From assembly GCA_029261065.1 (NCBI GenBank), contig JAJDCB010000012.1:13430-77429 (forward strand): a DNA stretch of 64,000 nt, read 5' to 3'. The stretch comes from Candidatus Omnitrophota bacterium. GTDB taxonomy: Bacteria > Omnitrophota > Gorgyraeia > Zapsychrales > Zapsychraceae. The position numbers and the translations under genes were made by a program. Position 1 is the first letter of the stretch. Each line of letters opens with the position of its first letter. Of this stretch, positions 61,503 through 64,000 are shown one piece after another. The notes beneath the pieces were generated by a model. That model saw only the letters and a program-made list of their open reading frames with translations, was not told the origin of the DNA and made no database searches.

Positions 61503-61847
61503 CTAGTAGCTGATAATAATGTTAATTGGTACGCTTTCTGAGTTTGGGGGAGGTGTGCCAGAAGTGATGATATTTATAGATGAATCAAAGTCGATTGGAC
61601 CAAGCGTTTCTGTAGGTAAGACAGCGTTGGCATAAGAATCTCCGTTAAGCTGAAGGGCATGGGAATAAGCCAAGCTACTTAGTCCAAGCATTTCTGATTG
61701 AATGCGTCTAATCTCGGTTTCTGTTGTATTGACCTGGCTGATATTTAAACTAAGGATACTGACCGCCAATACCATACTGACAATAATAAAGGCCAATACA
61801 GTAATGAATACCATTCCTTGGTTGTTATCTTTTAATTTTTTTAACAT
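61503..61847 (-). CDS. PilX/GspK-like pilin-like protein (short)
   Basis: NNQG/MVFITVL hydrophobic helix lacking Glu5. Confidence 0.6.
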   Translation of the reverse strand: MLKKLKDNNQGMVFITVLAFIIVSMVLAVSILSLNISQVNTTETEIRRIQSEMLGLSSLAYSHALQLNGDSYANAVLPTETLGPIDFDSSINIITSGTPPPNSESVPINIIISY

Positions 61848-61871
61848 AATCAAAAATTCCTTACCACAAGA

Positions 61872-62096
61872 CTACTTTTGAATGTTAAGCAAACTTTTAC
61901 ATCTTGGGCAATAATCAGGAGACTTATTCTCAAAGGTAAAAAAGATGTATGTGCAAAAGGGGCATTGCTGTAAATCTTCTGATTGGTACAACATACTTTC
62001 ACTACGATAACTATAAAATATCCAAAGAGCAAAAACAAGTAGCATTGGCAAGCTTACAAAGAGGGCTGTAGCACAACTGATATCTAATTTTATCAT
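61872..62096 (-). CDS. small membrane protein with zinc ribbon
   Basis: N-terminal TM; CPFC and CPRC. Confidence 0.7.
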   Translation of the reverse strand: MIKLDISCATALFVSLPMLLVFALWIFYSYRSESMLYQSEDLQQCPFCTYIFFTFENKSPDYCPRCKSLLNIQK

Positions 62097-62101
62097 AAGT
62101 A

Positions 62102-62542
62102 CTAGAATCTTAAAGGTTTATATGGTTCTAATTTAAGTGCGTTTTCAAGCTCTTCTAGGGGATTATTTTGGCTTGATTCCGGTTTTTCCCTGATGAGTTC
62201 AAAGGTGGTTTTTTGAGATTCTTTGTCAAAAGTGACATTGTTGGAAAATGTGGGTTTATTAAGCATAATGTCTTTTTTGGGACTTTCCCTACTTTTAAGA
62301 AAGGAATTTGGAATGTTATTGATCATGAATTTGTTTTCTTTGTTTCTAATCCTTTGATCTGAAACGATGAGTAGTTCGTTATTTTTGAGGATGGATCCTA
62401 AGAAGATTAAATTTGGTTTTTTTGTATTAAACTTTTCAGGAAAAGAAAAGGTGAATTTTGTCATGATCCCATAATGTATGAGGCCACTAATGATCAAAGA
62501 AAGGATAACGGTTAGATAGTTTCTAGAGAGTAACCCGCTCAT
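62102..62542 (-). CDS. hypothetical protein with TonB/TolA-like TM anchor
   Basis: TM containing SxxxH (SGLIH); follows exbD; no TonB C-terminal domain evident. Confidence 0.55.
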   Translation of the reverse strand: MSGLLSRNYLTVILSLIISGLIHYGIMTKFTFSFPEKFNTKKPNLIFLGSILKNNELLIVSDQRIRNKENKFMINNIPNSFLKSRESPKKDIMLNKPTFSNNVTFDKESQKTTFELIREKPESSQNNPLEELENALKLEPYKPLRF

Positions 62543-62946
62543 TAGTTTTCTTGGTTCGTCGCAATATTAATCTTTTCAATGCCTAAATTTCGACAAAGAT
62601 CCCAAACATCTACGATTCGTCCCATGGAAGCTCTGCGATCACTTTTAATGAGCATGGGTCTGTTTTTAATGGTAGGGGCTTGTAATTTTGTCTTTAATTC
62701 TTTTAGCGTTATGACTTGATCATTTAAGTAAATGATATTTTCACTTGTAATCGTAATGATAAAATTTTCTTCCTTTATGGTATCACTGGTTACAGCTTTG
62801 GGAAGTTTGACATGGATGCCAGATTGAAATGTAAAGGATGACGATAACATGAAGAAAACCAATAATTGAAAAATGACATCAATTAGGGGGGCTATGTCAA
62901 TTTGTTCAAGACCGAATTCTAATTTGGTATGTCTTTTAAATTTCAT
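62542..62946 (-). CDS. exbD: ExbD/TolR family protein
   Basis: IAPLIDVIFQLLVFFM, LIKSDR. Confidence 0.9.
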   Translation of the reverse strand: MKFKRHTKLEFGLEQIDIAPLIDVIFQLLVFFMLSSSFTFQSGIHVKLPKAVTSDTIKEENFIITITSENIIYLNDQVITLKELKTKLQAPTIKNRPMLIKSDRRASMGRIVDVWDLCRNLGIEKINIATNQEN

Positions 62947-62949
62947 GGT

Positions 62950-63606
62950 TTATATCGAGGTTTCCGAAACTTGTCCCATAAAGTTTAATAATTCAGTGGC
63001 ACTACGCTCCATTTCTAAAACGACGTGATTAATGCGACTCACGCAATAGTTGTAGGCAACAAATGTAGGAATAGCAACCATAAGACCTGCGACGGTCGTA
63101 AGTAAAGCTTCTCCTATCCCTCCTGCTAAATCGCCAGGAGTAACAGGGTTTAAAGAAGCCGCGCGCATTTGTATCGTGTGAAAGCTTTCTGTCATACCGG
63201 TAACTGTTCCTAATAGCCCAAGTAAAGGACAAATGTGTGCAATTGTTGCTAAGGCTGGTAAACGTCCTTCGAGCTTTGGAATTTCAAATAAGCTAACATC
63301 TTCCATGCTTTGCTTAACCTCTTCTCTCGAAGATCCGAATTTTACAATGCCAGCCTTTAAAATTTTTGCAACGGGTGAACGATTAACCTCACAGACTTGA
63401 ATGGATTCTTTGATTTTATTGCTTTTCATATAATCAAAGACTTGCCGTTTAAGAATCAGCAAATCAGTGCGGATAGAAGCAAAATAGATTAATTTTTCAG
63501 TTACAATGGCCAATGCAATTAATGAGCAAATTAATATCGGAACCATTAATGGTCCTCCAGCTTTCATTAGCTGTATCGCGTTCATTTCCCAGATGCCACC
63601 ATTCAT
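62950..63606 (-). CDS. exbB: MotA/TolQ/ExbB proton channel
   Basis: GGPLMVPI, PLLGLLGTVTGM, GIGEALLTTVAGLMVAIP. Confidence 0.9.
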   Translation of the reverse strand: MNGGIWEMNAIQLMKAGGPLMVPILICSLIALAIVTEKLIYFASIRTDLLILKRQVFDYMKSNKIKESIQVCEVNRSPVAKILKAGIVKFGSSREEVKQSMEDVSLFEIPKLEGRLPALATIAHICPLLGLLGTVTGMTESFHTIQMRAASLNPVTPGDLAGGIGEALLTTVAGLMVAIPTFVAYNYCVSRINHVVLEMERSATELLNFMGQVSETSI

Positions 63607-63626
63607 AAAGTCCTCCTCTTCTGAGA

Positions 63627-64000
63627 TTAATTGGTGCTGTATCTCTGAATATTAGCCTGAATATCTTGATTATTCGGATATAACTTTAAACCGTTTTTCC
63701 ATATAAGCAAAGCTTTTTGTTTTTGATCTGTCTGCAGGTACCACTCTCCTAATTCTAAAAAAACTTTACTTTCTACAGGAGTCCCGCTTTGAACAATTTG
63801 TTCAAAGAGATCAATGGCTTCTTTAATAAACCCTTGTCTAAATTGTAATCGTCCATAATTTACGACGACTTTATGCGGAGTGGGTTTTGAAATCATAGCC
63901 TTCCACAGGATTTCTTCAGCTTTTTCTAGATTATTAAGTTCCATGTATGTTTTACCCAGTCCGTTTAAAGCTTCAACATACGTTGGATCGGCTTTGAGGG
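63627..64000 (-). CDS. TPR protein (partial, 5' end outside window)
   Basis: Frame open to the window edge (LKADPTYVEALNGLGKTY-MEL...); TPR consensus repeats. Confidence 0.8.
   Translation of the reverse strand, partial: LKADPTYVEALNGLGKTYMELNNLEKAEEILWKAMISKPTPHKVVVNYGRLQFRQGFIKEAIDLFEQIVQSGTPVESKVFLELGEWYLQTDQKQKALLIWKNGLKLYPNNQDIQANIQRYSTN

Overview
AT-rich bacterial chromosomal segment with almost every gene on the minus strand. Gene content and order suggest a PVC-group organism, possibly Omnitrophota; this is inference only. In window order it holds: (1) a surface-glycan locus at 1-14.1 kb (GT-C/ArnT-like, GT2/GT4s, flippase, AsnB-type amidotransferase, four methyltransferases, two nucleotide-sugar enzymes); (2) housekeeping genes (queH, nnrD, pdxJ, cdaA, folP, ftsH, tilS, tRNA-Met, tsaD, ctpA, gatCAB, rsmA, pdxA, SurA-like, a short mfd, secDF-yajC, rpsP, trpE, hisDBHAFI, alaS, recA-recX, rsmE); (3) a type IV pilus locus at 49-62 kb (PilM-N fusion, PilO, PilP-like, secretin, PilB with MshEN, PilC, five tandem pilins, then an HTTM/vitamin K-dependent carboxylase-like gene), with a TPR-ExbB-ExbD module transcribed upstream of it. 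The most notable observation is a c-di-GMP-I-type riboswitch ahead of the pilin array. It has a non-canonical G/A/U ligand-pocket triad and a 60-nt two-hairpin insertion. Other candidates: a bactofilin-HTH fusion paired with a membrane-anchored HTH, an unannotated 33-aa CdaR-like peptide after cdaA, an Mfd lacking its C-terminal domain, an unexplained GC-rich structured element before gatC, and an ORF-less inverted-repeat element between pilB and pilC. All calls are from manual motif reading; no searches were run.
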